Below, piece by piece: positions 1-9,691 of a stretch of DNA of 44,421 bases. The position numbers were made by a program, and so were the translations under genes. This DNA is from an uncultured Methanosarcinales archaeon. Lineage in GTDB: Archaea; Nanobdellota; Nanobdellia; Woesearchaeales; CAYZNE01. A model generated the notes under the pieces. The model did no database searches. It was not told the origin of the DNA and saw nothing but the letters and a program-made list of their open reading frames with translations. The stretch covers positions 62,001-106,421 of the forward strand of contig CAYONI010000001.1 of NCBI GenBank assembly GCA_964405295.1, in the 5' to 3' direction. Position 1 is the first letter of the stretch. Each line of letters begins with the position of its first letter.

Positions 1-771
1 ACTTTTGTTAAACCAAAAACAACAGAAACAGTTGCAGGTCCATTAATCACTGTATGGCCTAAGTTTGATAGGAAACTTGGAACTTTCGAGTTAAAATCTG
101 AAGCAGGAGAAGTTAATGACAATCAAGTTATTGGTATTCTCGGTGAGAATGGTATTGGTAAAACTAGTTTCGTAAAAACTTTAGCAGGTGTTGATTCTGA
201 TATTGTTGATGTAAAAGTTAAACTTGCCTATAAAGCACAGTATTTAGAGACAAGCGACGAAATTGTTGTCAACGTATTACAAAATGCTATTTCGAAATAT
301 ACTAACCAATTAATCAAACCTCTTGATTTAGAAAAGTTATTTGAGAGGCAATTAAATGAATTGTCTGGTGGAGAGTTGCAGAGGGTTGCAATAGCACATT
401 GTTTATCCCAAGACGCAGAACTCTTTCTTTTAGATGAGCCTTCTGCATATCTTGATGTAGAACAAAGAATTTTGGTTAGTAAAGTTATAAGAGAAATGGT
501 TTCTACATACAGTAAATCTGCAATCGTAGTTGATCACGATCTTTTATTTATAGATTATCTTAGCGATAAATTAATTATTTTTGAAGGAGAGCCTGCAATC
601 AGTGGTATTGCTAAAACTCCAACTGCACTTGTTAATGGTATGAATGGTTTTCTTAGAGATTTACAGATTACATTCAGAAGAGATGAAGAAAACAATAGAC
701 CTCGTGCAAATAAAATTGATTCTCAATTAGACAGAAAGCAGAAGAGTGATGGAACGCTGTATTATGGTTAA
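1..771 (+). CDS. ABCE1/Rli1 ribosome-recycling ATPase, C-terminal part (5' truncated by window edge)
   Basis: Frame open from base 1: Walker A GENGIGKTS, signature LSGGELQRVAIA, Walker B LLDEPSAYLD, VVDHD, and ABCE1-type tail ITFRRD..RPRANK. Confidence 0.93.
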   Translation, partial: TFVKPKTTETVAGPLITVWPKFDRKLGTFELKSEAGEVNDNQVIGILGENGIGKTSFVKTLAGVDSDIVDVKVKLAYKAQYLETSDEIVVNVLQNAISKYTNQLIKPLDLEKLFERQLNELSGGELQRVAIAHCLSQDAELFLLDEPSAYLDVEQRILVSKVIREMVSTYSKSAIVVDHDLLFIDYLSDKLIIFEGEPAISGIAKTPTALVNGMNGFLRDLQITFRRDEENNRPRANKIDSQLDRKQKSDGTLYYG

Positions 772-839
772 ATTTTATAAACAAACATGCATTCATCAAT
801 AATAAAGATTTCACAGGAGCTAGTCCTGGAGGGGTTAAC

Positions 840-1034
840 ATGAAAGTATTTATTGAAAAAGAAAACAAGCAAATAGTGCTTGATAAAGAATGTACAGCAA
901 AAGAACTTCTTGTAGAATTAGATATTAATGCTACAACTGTAATTCTAGTTAAGAATAATGAAACTATACTTTTAGATGAAGAACTCTCAAAGAATGATGA
1001 AGTAAAGATATTGTCAGTTGTCTCTGGAGGATAA
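840..1034 (+). CDS. Ubiquitin-like sulfur carrier (SAMP/ThiS/MoaD family)
   Basis: 64 aa ending VVSGG diglycine; SD-like GGAGGGG upstream; adjacent to thiolase and E1. Confidence 0.9.
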   Translation: MKVFIEKENKQIVLDKECTAKELLVELDINATTVILVKNNETILLDEELSKNDEVKILSVVSGG

Positions 1035-1037
1035 ATC

Positions 1038-1958
1038 ATGAAGTGTAGTTCGTGTTTAAAAAAAGCAGTTTATAATAATCAAGGAAGAGCTTATTGTAAA
1101 GATCATTTTCTAAACTACTTTGAGAGAAAGGTTTTTCGAACAATAAGAAAATTCTCATTAATGAAGCATGAAGATAAGATTTGTGTTGCTGCATCTGGGG
1201 GAAAAGATTCTCTGGCAGTTTTGTATATGACCATGCTTTACTGTAAAAAATATAAAATTGAATTTTTTGCTCTAAATATTGATGAGGGGATTGCAGATTA
1301 TAGAGATCACACTATTGATGACTTGAAAGTGTTCTGCAAAAGATATGACATTCCTTATCACATAATTTCATTTAAAGAAAGGTTTGGGTTTACTTTAGAT
1401 AAATTAATAAAAAAAGCATTAAAAATAGGAAAAAAGCCTTGTACGGTTTGTGGTATTCTAAGAAGAACTTTGCTTAATCGTGGTGCAAGAGAATTGGGTG
1501 CAACAAAACTTGTTACAGGACACAATCTTGATGATGAAGCTCAGGCATATTTAATGAATTTATTTTTAGGAAGCATGAAACATAACGCTGCACTCGGCCC
1601 AATCACTGGATTTAATGCTAATAATAAATTTGTTCCGAGAATAAAACCACTATATTTTATTTCTGAAAAAGAAACTAGGCTTTTTGCGTTTTTGAAAGAA
1701 TTTAGTGTTCACTTTAGTGAGTGCCCAAATATTGAACTGTCTTTCAGGGCAAAAGTTAGAGACAAATTAAATGAGCTGGAGTTGTTAAGAGCAGGGACTA
1801 AAAATGGAATAGTTAATGCTTTTCTTGAAGTTTTACCAACTCTAAAAGAGAAATACAAAAACACTAAAAGTTTTAGTTATTGTGAAAAATGTGGTGATCC
1901 CTGTGCAGGTAAAATGTGCAATGCATGTATATTAGAGGAAGAATTATGTCAGAAATAA
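1038..1958 (+). CDS. tRNA 2-thiolation protein NcsA/TtuA (PP-loop)
   Basis: SGGKDS PP-loop, PCTVCGILRR, TGHNLDDEAQ, N- and C-terminal Zn fingers. Confidence 0.9.
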   Translation: MKCSSCLKKAVYNNQGRAYCKDHFLNYFERKVFRTIRKFSLMKHEDKICVAASGGKDSLAVLYMTMLYCKKYKIEFFALNIDEGIADYRDHTIDDLKVFCKRYDIPYHIISFKERFGFTLDKLIKKALKIGKKPCTVCGILRRTLLNRGARELGATKLVTGHNLDDEAQAYLMNLFLGSMKHNAALGPITGFNANNKFVPRIKPLYFISEKETRLFAFLKEFSVHFSECPNIELSFRAKVRDKLNELELLRAGTKNGIVNAFLEVLPTLKEKYKNTKSFSYCEKCGDPCAGKMCNACILEEELCQK

Positions 1959-2626
1959 ACTCAAGAAGTGAAATTATTATCGGAAAAGAAGGAATTAAAA
2001 ATAAAGTTATTGTAATAGTTGGTGTTGGGGGATTAGGAAGTATAACCGCAGAATTACTTGCTAGAATGCATCCAAAAAAATTAATTTTAGTTGATTTTGA
2101 TAAGGTAGAAGATATAAATCTTGAAAGACAGATTCTTTATGATAAAAAGGATATTGGCAAATCAAAGGTTATTTGTGCAAAAGAAAAGTTGCAACAATTT
2201 TGTGATATTGAAATAAGAGATAATAAATTAAACAAAGAAAATATAGATTTCCAAGATATTGATTTACTTATTGATTGTACTGATAATACTGATGTAAGAT
2301 TTATAATTAATGAATATTGTAAAAAAAGCAAGATTCCTTGGATATATTCTGCAGCAATTCAACAAATTGGGTCTGTTTTTTTTATTCATCCTAAAGGCCC
2401 TTGTTATGAATGTTTCAATAAAAACAAGCAAGGAAAAAAATGTGCTGAAGTAGGAATTCTTAATTCAACTGTTTCGATAATTGCATCATTAGCTGTAAAT
2501 ATTGCAACGGAATATCTTATTTTTAATACTTATCCTAAAGAGCTATTCAGGTTTAATCTTAAAACATATTCTTTTGATAAAATAAAAGTGAATAAAAATC
2601 TAAGTTGTAGCGTTTGTAAACATTAA
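1946..2626 (+). CDS. E1-like activating enzyme (ThiF/MoeB/UbaA family)
   Basis: GVGGLG, NLERQ, DCTDN, CYEC/CSVC Zn site, catalytic C in KCAEVGIL; ATG at 1946 overlaps end of upstream gene. Confidence 0.9.
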   Translation: MSEINSRSEIIIGKEGIKNKVIVIVGVGGLGSITAELLARMHPKKLILVDFDKVEDINLERQILYDKKDIGKSKVICAKEKLQQFCDIEIRDNKLNKENIDFQDIDLLIDCTDNTDVRFIINEYCKKSKIPWIYSAAIQQIGSVFFIHPKGPCYECFNKNKQGKKCAEVGILNSTVSIIASLAVNIATEYLIFNTYPKELFRFNLKTYSFDKIKVNKNLSCSVCKH

Positions 2627-2659
2627 AATTTATAAATTGCATAGATTATAGTATTCTTT

Positions 2660-3082
2660 ATGGTGAGTCCAGATTTATTTCAAAATAAGGAAATTGATCA
2701 GCATATGGCTTCTATTAAAAAGACTGATCCAAGACATCAAGCTAATTTAATTAAAGATATAAATGATTCTTCAAGGAGACTTAAAGTTCTTGAAGATAGA
2801 TATTTGACAATAAGAAAAAAAACTCAATTGACTGATCAGAATATGCTGGAGATGAGTAAGAGATTTAATTCAGAGATTGTTGCTTTAAATGGAGAGTTAA
2901 ATAAGTTAAGGATTTTAATGAAAGATGTAACTGAAAAGGTTAATCAGTTAATTACTGAAACAGGAGGTCTTGCAAAAAGACAAGAATTAATCACGCTCAA
3001 TAAATATGTTGATCTATGGAGGCCAATGAATTTTATAACTCGAGAGCAAATGAATCGAGAGTTTGAGAATTTAAGAAAATAG
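2660..3082 (+). CDS. Hypothetical coiled-coil protein
   Basis: 140 aa ORF with upstream TTTATAAA; heptad pattern; C-terminal KYVDLWRPMNFITR. Confidence 0.7.
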   Translation: MVSPDLFQNKEIDQHMASIKKTDPRHQANLIKDINDSSRRLKVLEDRYLTIRKKTQLTDQNMLEMSKRFNSEIVALNGELNKLRILMKDVTEKVNQLITETGGLAKRQELITLNKYVDLWRPMNFITREQMNREFENLRK

Positions 3083-3085
3083 TTT

Positions 3086-3721
3086 TTATTCACCTAGTTC
3101 TTCTAATTTATCGAACAAGTTTTTGTCTTTGTTAACTTTTTGTTTAGGTTTTCTTTTTTTTATGTTTTTATGTTTTCCAAGATCGTGAAGTGAGATAAAG
3201 GTTTTTTCTCTTTTCTTTTTTAGTCTTTTAACGATGATCGGATTTGGTTTTATTAATTCTTCTTTTTTTATTTCAAACTCAGAAAGCATGTTTAGTTTTC
3301 TTGATTTTAGTTTTATTCTTCTTCTATTTTCTATGTCTTTTTGTAAAATCTTTTTTCTTTGTGTGGCTTTTTTATTAAGTTCTTTTTCTTTTTCTTTTTC
3401 TTCTAATATATCTTGTTCATATTCGTTTACAATTATCTTTGCCTTTTTAGCAATATTTTTTGCTTTTTTAATGTGTTTTTTGCCTGCTGCATAATCAACT
3501 ATAGAATAAATTACTATTGCCATAACAATTATTACTAGTATCGTAATTGCAATTGAGTTTGAATAATTTAATTCTGTCACCCTATCTGTCTCAGTAGTAT
3601 TATTATCTTCTTCTGCAAGTGCTAAACTGAATATTGTTATTAGAATTAATATTAATAATACAAAATATGTGAATAATCGGGCTACCTGTTTTTTGGCAGA
3701 TTTTGTCTTTGTCTTTATCAT
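3086..3721 (-). CDS. Hypothetical membrane protein with Lys-rich tail
   Basis: Two hydrophobic segments followed by a highly charged C-terminus. Confidence 0.7.
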   Translation of the reverse strand: MIKTKTKSAKKQVARLFTYFVLLILILITIFSLALAEEDNNTTETDRVTELNYSNSIAITILVIIVMAIVIYSIVDYAAGKKHIKKAKNIAKKAKIIVNEYEQDILEEKEKEKELNKKATQRKKILQKDIENRRRIKLKSRKLNMLSEFEIKKEELIKPNPIIVKRLKKKREKTFISLHDLGKHKNIKKRKPKQKVNKDKNLFDKLEELGE

Positions 3722-3831
3722 AATAGTGCTAAAGAGGCTTTATTTTAAAAAATTATTGTAAATATACTGAAAAATGCATAACTTTTATATATTATCATAT
3801 TATATTTTCTATAAGATTAACGGGGGGTAAA

Positions 3832-4359
3832 ATGAATAAAACTGAAGAAAATCTAAAAGCTGCTTTTGCAGGCGAGAGTCAAGCTAGAAATAAATATACT
3901 TATTATGCTAAAATTGCAAGAAAAGAAGGCTATCATTATATTGCTAAAATCTTTGAAGAAACTGCAATGAATGAAGTGCAGCATGCAAAAGATGAATTTA
4001 AGCTACTTAATGGTATTGGTACCACAGAAGAAAATTTGCAGGCAGCAATGGAAGGGGAGAATTACGAAAATACAAAGATGTATCCTACTTTTGCTAAGGA
4101 AGCTGAAGAAGAAGGCAATACTGAGGCAGCTAAACTATTTAGGGCAATTGCTGAAGTAGAAAAACATCATGAAGCAAGGTATAAAAAGCTTCTAGAAATG
4201 GTTAAAAATAAAACGGTTTACAAAAGAGAAAAGCCAGTTAAATGGAAATGTTCTAAATGTGGTCATGTTCATGAAGGAACAGAACCACCAGTAGAGTGCC
4301 CATCTTGTAAACATCCAAGGGAATATTTTGAATCAGAAGATCTGTGTTTATTATCATAA
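3832..4359 (+). CDS. rbr: Rubrerythrin
   Basis: [12 protein letters not shown], ExxH diiron motifs, C-terminal CSKC/CPSC rubredoxin domain. Confidence 0.95.
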   Translation: MNKTEENLKAAFAGESQARNKYTYYAKIARKEGYHYIAKIFEETAMNEVQHAKDEFKLLNGIGTTEENLQAAMEGENYENTKMYPTFAKEAEEEGNTEAAKLFRAIAEVEKHHEARYKKLLEMVKNKTVYKREKPVKWKCSKCGHVHEGTEPPVECPSCKHPREYFESEDLCLLS

Positions 4360-4372
4360 TAAGGAGGTAAAT

Positions 4373-4756
4373 ATGGCAAAACAAAATACATGGTATAAAT
4401 GTGAAGCATGTGGCAATATTGTCGCAGTTGTTAATGCAGGTCAAGGAGAACTTGTTTGTTGCGGTAAACCAATGGGTGAAATGAAAGTCCAATCAGTTGG
4501 TGATGAAGGGTATGAAAAACATGTCCCGATTGTAACAATTGATGGAAATAAAGTTCATGTTAAGATTGGCGAAGTTGCACATCCAATGGAAGATGCTCAT
4601 CATCTACAAGTTGTCCAAATTATTCGAGGGGAGGTAGTTGTAGAAGGTAAACGATTATATCCAGGTCATGAAACAGAAATTACATTTATTCTTGAAGAAA
4701 CTGAAGGAATAAAAGTAAGAGTAATATGTAATATCCACGGATTATGGATGAATTAG
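4373..4756 (+). CDS. dfx: Desulfoferrodoxin / superoxide reductase
   Basis: CEACGN..CCGKPM desulforedoxin domain, EKHVP, HPM, CNIHGLW; SD AAGGAGG before ATG 4373. Confidence 0.92.
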   Translation: MAKQNTWYKCEACGNIVAVVNAGQGELVCCGKPMGEMKVQSVGDEGYEKHVPIVTIDGNKVHVKIGEVAHPMEDAHHLQVVQIIRGEVVVEGKRLYPGHETEITFILEETEGIKVRVICNIHGLWMN

Positions 4757-4768
4757 GGGTGTAAAATA

Positions 4769-4990
4769 ATGAAAAAACAAGTTATAGAAAAATTAGCAGT
4801 TTTAGTGACTACAGCTTTTGGGCTTGTTGCTGCTCTTGCATGGAATGGTGCTATTAAAGCAATTTTTTTAGAAATTTTTGGAACTTCTGAAGGGGTAGGA
4901 CCATTGTTAGTCTATGCTATTGTTGTAACAATTATTGCGGTTATTGTAACAATTAGTATTGGTAAAGCTGCAGATAAAGTAGCTAAATAA
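4769..4990 (+). CDS. Small two-helix membrane protein (DUF5654-like)
   Basis: TAFGLVAALAWN motif, two hydrophobic helices. Confidence 0.75.
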   Translation: MKKQVIEKLAVLVTTAFGLVAALAWNGAIKAIFLEIFGTSEGVGPLLVYAIVVTIIAVIVTISIGKAADKVAK

Positions 4991-4994
4991 TTTT

Positions 4995-5020
4995 GAGAAG
5001 TTTTTTCTTCTCTTTTTTTT
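4995..5020 (+). terminator. Hairpin plus U-tract terminator of rbr-dfx operon
   Basis: GAGAAG-TTTTTT-CTTCTC followed by T8. Confidence 0.55.
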
Positions 5021-5023
5021 AAA

Positions 5024-5683
5024 ATGAAAACTGACATTGATTCTATTTACAAAATTCTGAATAAAACAGTTAAAGGCTATCAGGTTCCGATTGTTGACTT
5101 AATTGAAGCAAGAACAAAAGATCCTTTTAAGATTCTTGTGGCAACACTTCTTTCTGCAAGAACTAATGACAAGACAACTTCTATTGTTTGTAAAAAACTT
5201 TTTGCAAAAGTTAATTCTGCTAAAGATTTAGAAAAGTTAACAGTTAAACAAATTGAAAAACTTATTTACCCTATCGGATTTTATAGGAATAAGGCAAAAC
5301 ACCTAAAACTGTTACCTGTTGTTCTAAAAGAAAAGTTCAACAATAAGGTTCCACATACTATTGAGGAATTAATTGAACTTCCCGGTGTTGGTAGAAAAAC
5401 TGCAAATCTTGTGATGGCTGTTGCATTCAAGATTCCTGCAATCTGTGTTGATGTCCATGTTAATAGGATAATGAACCGGTTTGGTTATATTAAGACAAAA
5501 AATCCTCTTGAAACAGAGATGGTTTTAAGAAAAAAGCTTCCAAAAAAATATTGGTTAAAAATTAATTATGTTATTGTTGCATTTGGCCAGAATCTTTGTA
5601 AACCTATAAACCCTCGGTGTGATGTTTGCCCTGTCTATAAATATTGTAAGAGAGTTGGTGTTAGGACTAAGTATAATAAATAA
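5024..5683 (+). CDS. nth: Endonuclease III
   Basis: LLSARTND, HhH LPGVGRKTAN, VDVHV, C-X6-C-X2-C-X5-C 4Fe-4S motif. Confidence 0.95.
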   Translation: MKTDIDSIYKILNKTVKGYQVPIVDLIEARTKDPFKILVATLLSARTNDKTTSIVCKKLFAKVNSAKDLEKLTVKQIEKLIYPIGFYRNKAKHLKLLPVVLKEKFNNKVPHTIEELIELPGVGRKTANLVMAVAFKIPAICVDVHVNRIMNRFGYIKTKNPLETEMVLRKKLPKKYWLKINYVIVAFGQNLCKPINPRCDVCPVYKYCKRVGVRTKYNK

Positions 5684-5709
5684 TTTAAGGTTATAGAATA
5701 GATGTTTAA

Positions 5710-5952
5710 TTAAAGTAAACCCACAATTTGATAGATTTGCGTTCTAATAAATGGTTGTAGAGAACTATCATTTGATACTTCATCAAGTATGATTTCTGCT
5801 TTATGTACTCTAGTTTCTTGTGATTCACCTTGGTTATTTAGAATTAGTATAATATTATCAATTTTTGATTTTAAATTTTTAGGGATCCCAACTTCTTGTT
5901 TTAGCATTTTTAATGCTCCTATAACTTCTGCAAATTCCATTTTCATTACCAA
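5710..5952 (-). CDS. UPF0147 family protein
   Basis: IPKN..LDEVSND..PFIRTQIY pattern; follows prefoldin. Confidence 0.75.
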   Translation of the reverse strand: MVMKMEFAEVIGALKMLKQEVGIPKNLKSKIDNIILILNNQGESQETRVHKAEIILDEVSNDSSLQPFIRTQIYQIVGLL

Positions 5953-5958
5953 TCATTA

Positions 5959-6288
5959 TTATTTCCCTTTTTCAATGCTAAGATTTGACATTATATCTTT
6001 TTGCATTTTCTCAGCTTTCTCTTTTAGCTTTTCTTCTTGCTTTTCAAAAGATTTAATTCTAACACCCAAAACTTCTTTCTTTTTTTTAATATCTTCTATA
6101 AGGTTTTTCTTGGTAGAATTTATCATTATATTACCAACAATTTTGTAAGCATTGTCGGTTTTATCGATTGCTTCAAGTGCAGATTCATATTCAGATAATT
6201 GTGTAACAAATTGTTGTTTTTGTGCGCTAATATTAGCAACATTTTGTTGTAACATTGATAGTTCTTGAATCATATTTTCATTTGTCAT
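5959..6288 (-). CDS. pfdB: Prefoldin beta subunit
   Basis: Coiled coil-hairpin (AYKIVGNIMI)-coiled coil; conserved operon position. Confidence 0.88.
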   Translation of the reverse strand: MTNENMIQELSMLQQNVANISAQKQQFVTQLSEYESALEAIDKTDNAYKIVGNIMINSTKKNLIEDIKKKKEVLGVRIKSFEKQEEKLKEKAEKMQKDIMSNLSIEKGK

Positions 6289-6289
6289 T

Positions 6290-6517
6290 TTATTCCTTTA
6301 CAACGCTTTTGGTTTGATAATAAACAGAAAGCATTGTTGTTATGCCGTTAATGCTCGCTCTTAATGAAACAATATCTTTACTTTCAATAATTATTAATAA
6401 TTTTTTGTTTTGTTCTTCAAATGTTGTTCTACTTGTTTTTGCGTCGAAATTATCCACACTTAGCAATTTCTTAATTGATTCAATATCTTCAGTAATTTCA
6501 ATTGTAGTCTTAAACAT
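6290..6517 (-). CDS. pcc1: KEOPS subunit Pcc1
   Basis: IIESKDIVSLRASIN motif; between rpoP and pfdB. Confidence 0.8.
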   Translation of the reverse strand: MFKTTIEITEDIESIKKLLSVDNFDAKTSRTTFEEQNKKLLIIIESKDIVSLRASINGITTMLSVYYQTKSVVKE

Positions 6518-6518
6518 T

Positions 6519-6656
6519 CTACCTTGCTTTTACTTTTGTTATTGTGCTTCTTGGTTTGAAGATTATTTTACTTCCACAGTACGGACATCTAACTCTTTTT
6601 TTTATATATCTGTCAGAAATTTGCTTACCGCAATTAAAACATTTATAGTTTGCCAT
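6519..6656 (-). CDS. rpoP: RNA polymerase subunit P (Rpo12); absent from the ORF track
   Basis: Manual translation MANYKCFNCGKQISDRYIKKRVRCPYCGSKIIFKPRSTITKVKAR (45 aa); SD GGAGG; follows rpl37ae. Confidence 0.92.
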   Translation of the reverse strand: MANYKCFNCGKQISDRYIKKRVRCPYCGSKIIFKPRSTITKVKAR

Positions 6657-6671
6657 ATTTGCCTCCAAATC

Positions 6672-6917
6672 TTACTCTTCAACTTTTTCTTTTAATTTAG
6701 GCATCTTATCAACGAAATATGCTTTGCTTGTAAATTTAGCATTACACTTTCCGCATTCCCAAATTCCTAAATTAATTTTTTTAACTTTCTTGAATTGACA
6801 ATAAGGACATTTATATGTTTTCTTTTGTTGCGCTTCAATTTTTCCTAATTTAAATCTTGTAGTTCTTCCATATCTAGAACCCAATCTTCTTGTTGTACCA
6901 GCTTGTTTTGTTGCCAT
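6672..6917 (-). CDS. rpl37ae: 50S ribosomal protein L37Ae (eL43)
   Basis: GSRYG, CPYC..GIWECGKC Zn ribbon. Confidence 0.93.
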   Translation of the reverse strand: MATKQAGTTRRLGSRYGRTTRFKLGKIEAQQKKTYKCPYCQFKKVKKINLGIWECGKCNAKFTSKAYFVDKMPKLKEKVEE

Positions 6918-6951
6918 TTTATTTTACCTTTTTGATAATTATTTTAGGATA

Positions 6952-7026
6952 TGGGGCTGCCCAGATTCGAACTGGGGTCTTCTGGTCCCAAACCAGAGAG
7001 GATGGACCAGGCTACCCTACAGCCCC
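6952..7026 (-). tRNA. tRNA-Pro (UGG)
   Basis: GGGGCTG acceptor, TCTGG-TT-TGG-GA-CCAGA anticodon arm, GTTCGAAT T-loop; no encoded CCA. Confidence 0.95.
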
Positions 7027-7144
7027 ATTATGAATATATGTGTAGGAATAATATTTCCTTTTAAAAGCTTTCGCTTTAGAATTTGACTTTCTATCCCCTA
7101 AAAAACCATAAAGTATTTAAAAATAGGTTGTATTTGCATTATTT

Positions 7145-8305
7145 ATGGTTAGTTCAAAAACAAATAGTAAGAATACTACTGAATCAGCTAAGGATGAGTT
7201 ATATTCCTATAGTACTGATGAGAGTGGTCTTGAGAGTGAAAACAAACTTCTTAGAGAAACAGTTATGCAACTAAGAGATGAAGTAAATAAGATGATGATG
7301 CCTCCATTGATGGTTGCAGAAGTATCTGAGGTATTAAATAATAATGTTTTAATACAAATTCCTAATGGAAATAAATTTTATGTTAACAAGTTAAATACAG
7401 TTAAAAACATTAAATCTGGTGACACAATTCTTGTTGAACAAAAGAATTTAACTGTTATTGAAAAAATAAATTCAAATAAAAAGTTTAATGTTGAAAAATT
7501 CTTAATAATAGAAAAACCAATTATTACTTTTAATGATATTGGTGGCTTAAAAAAAGAAGAGCGGGAAATAAAAGAAGTCATTGAACTTCCGCTGAAGAAA
7601 CCTGAGCTCTTCAGAAAAGTAGGTATAAAACCTCCGAAGGGAGTTTTATTATATGGGCCTCCTGGAACTGGAAAAACTTTACTTGGTAAAGCTGTTGCAA
7701 ACTCAACAAACAGCACATTTATTGAAATTGTTGGTTCTGAGCTTGTACAAAAATTTATTGGTGAAGGTGCAAAGCTTGTTAAGGAAATTTTTGAGTTAGC
7801 AAGAGAAAAGGCTCCGTCTATCGTTTTTATTGATGAGCTTGATAGTCTGGCTGCAACTAGAATGGAAGTTGGTACTTCAGGAGAAAGAGAAGTTCAGAGA
7901 ACTTTTATGCAATTGCTTGCTGAGATTGATGGTTTTAATAATCTTGATGATGTGAAAATAATTGGTTGCACCAACAGAAAAGATATTCTTGATCCTGCAA
8001 TCACACGTCCAGGTAGATTAGACAGATTAATATCTGTAAGTAATCCTGATAAAGAAGGAGTAATAGAGATATTCAAGATACACAGTAAAAGAATGAAGCT
8101 TGAAAAGGGATTTAATTACGATAAAATCTATAAAAAGTTAGAAGGTTGTTCAGGTGCAGAGATTCATGCTATGTGTACTGAGGCAGGTTACTTTGCAATT
8201 AGAAAAAATAGATTTGTTGTTTCTTTGAAAGATTTTGAAGCTGCAATTGACAAGGTTAAGCAAGCTGAAGATGATGATAAGAACTATGTTAAGATGTTTG
8301 GATAG
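7145..8305 (+). CDS. pan: Proteasome-activating nucleotidase
   Basis: Coiled coil-PP-OB fold, [38 protein letters not shown]-terminal MFG. Confidence 0.95.
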   Translation: MVSSKTNSKNTTESAKDELYSYSTDESGLESENKLLRETVMQLRDEVNKMMMPPLMVAEVSEVLNNNVLIQIPNGNKFYVNKLNTVKNIKSGDTILVEQKNLTVIEKINSNKKFNVEKFLIIEKPIITFNDIGGLKKEEREIKEVIELPLKKPELFRKVGIKPPKGVLLYGPPGTGKTLLGKAVANSTNSTFIEIVGSELVQKFIGEGAKLVKEIFELAREKAPSIVFIDELDSLAATRMEVGTSGEREVQRTFMQLLAEIDGFNNLDDVKIIGCTNRKDILDPAITRPGRLDRLISVSNPDKEGVIEIFKIHSKRMKLEKGFNYDKIYKKLEGCSGAEIHAMCTEAGYFAIRKNRFVVSLKDFEAAIDKVKQAEDDDKNYVKMFG

Positions 8306-8429
8306 AGAACATTGTAAAAGTCATTGTTAAATGATTTGACGATGTTATCTTCCGAGAACGCTTGAAAAATTAGTGTTTCAAAGTTGTCGATAGTTAAAAT
8401 TTATAAAATAAACATCTTTTTCTTAATTT

Positions 8430-9644
8430 ATGACTGATTTACAATACAGCAACATAAAATTCGTAGATTTTGATGAAGAAAGAATCAAAGTTATCTTCAA
8501 ACAAAGATACTACTTTTTTCTAGATAAGGCAATGTTAATAAAGCGTATTGGCAAGTTTGAAATAAATAAAGAAGATAGTTCTATAATTATTTTTAATGCT
8601 CCTTTAAAGCGATCGCAAACAAGATTTGAGATGTCTATAGAGCAAGGACTTGATAATTTATATAATACTAATAAAGATAAGAAAACTGAATATATCTATG
8701 ATGGCGTTGCTCCATTAATTGGAACAAATGAGTTTGGTATAGTTGATAGAAATACTTCTATTCTAGAGATAAAGATGTTGACTGGTTGCAATCTGAGTTG
8801 TGTTTTTTGTTCAGTAAGTGAGGGTGATAATGCTAAAATTGATTATCTTGTTGAGCCTGACTATCTTGTATTAGGGATTGCAGATTTGGTTAAGATTAAA
8901 AAATCTAAATCAATAGAAATTAATATTGGCCCTCAGGGAGAGCCATTACTTTATCCTGATCTTTGTTATTTAATTGAAGAACTAAAAAAAGTTCCTAAGA
9001 TTGATATTATTTCAATGAATACCAACGGCAGATTATTAACAAAAGATTTCATAGATGAATTAATTGAAGCGGGTTTAGACAGAATTAATGTTTCTCTTCA
9101 TAGTATGAATGAGGAAACTCAGAAAAAACTTTCTGGTTCTGCCATGTCTATTTCTAATTTTAAAGAGTTAGTTAATTATGCTAAAGATAGAATAGAGATA
9201 TTCTTAGCGCCAGTTTATATTCCTAAACTCAATGAAGACATTGAACCTCTTATTGAGTTTGCTAAATCTTATAAAACAGGCCCGAGATTAATGGGCATCC
9301 AGAATTTCTTAAATTATAAGGGTGGAAGAAACCCTGTTAAACAAATTAGTTTTGATGATTTCTATGCAATGCTTGCTAGACTTGAGAAAAAGCATGATGT
9401 TAAATTAAAGCTTAACCCTGAAGATTACAATATTGTTGAAGATAAGGTTTTAGAAAAGCCCTTCAAAAAAGGTCAAACAGTTAACGCAGTAATTAAACTT
9501 CCTGGCAGAAGAAACCATGAAGTGATTGCAGAGGCAAAGGATAGATCAATCACTGTTTATGATTGCAAGTTTGAAGAGGGCAAAGAAATTCGAGTCAAAT
9601 TGACTCGTGATAAACACAACATATTTTCTGGGAGCAGAGTTTAG
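8430..9644 (+). CDS. Radical SAM protein with C-terminal TRAM-like domain
   Basis: CNLSCVFC, QGEPLLY, TNG; C-terminal beta-barrel-like segment. Confidence 0.85.
   Translation: MTDLQYSNIKFVDFDEERIKVIFKQRYYFFLDKAMLIKRIGKFEINKEDSSIIIFNAPLKRSQTRFEMSIEQGLDNLYNTNKDKKTEYIYDGVAPLIGTNEFGIVDRNTSILEIKMLTGCNLSCVFCSVSEGDNAKIDYLVEPDYLVLGIADLVKIKKSKSIEINIGPQGEPLLYPDLCYLIEELKKVPKIDIISMNTNGRLLTKDFIDELIEAGLDRINVSLHSMNEETQKKLSGSAMSISNFKELVNYAKDRIEIFLAPVYIPKLNEDIEPLIEFAKSYKTGPRLMGIQNFLNYKGGRNPVKQISFDDFYAMLARLEKKHDVKLKLNPEDYNIVEDKVLEKPFKKGQTVNAVIKLPGRRNHEVIAEAKDRSITVYDCKFEEGKEIRVKLTRDKHNIFSGSRV
9603..9644 (+). repeat. Direct repeat copy 1 (3' end of radical SAM gene)
   Basis: 38/42 nt identical to 10100-10141. 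Confidence 0.9.
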
Positions 9645-9691
9645 AGGAATATATAATTAATTTTATAAATATCTACGTTGGTTAGTGTGTT

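Noticed and set aside
840..2626. Ubl plus E1 as an antiviral conjugation system
   Set aside because: No E2, JAB or cyclase; the intervening NcsA/TtuA explains it as tRNA thiolation
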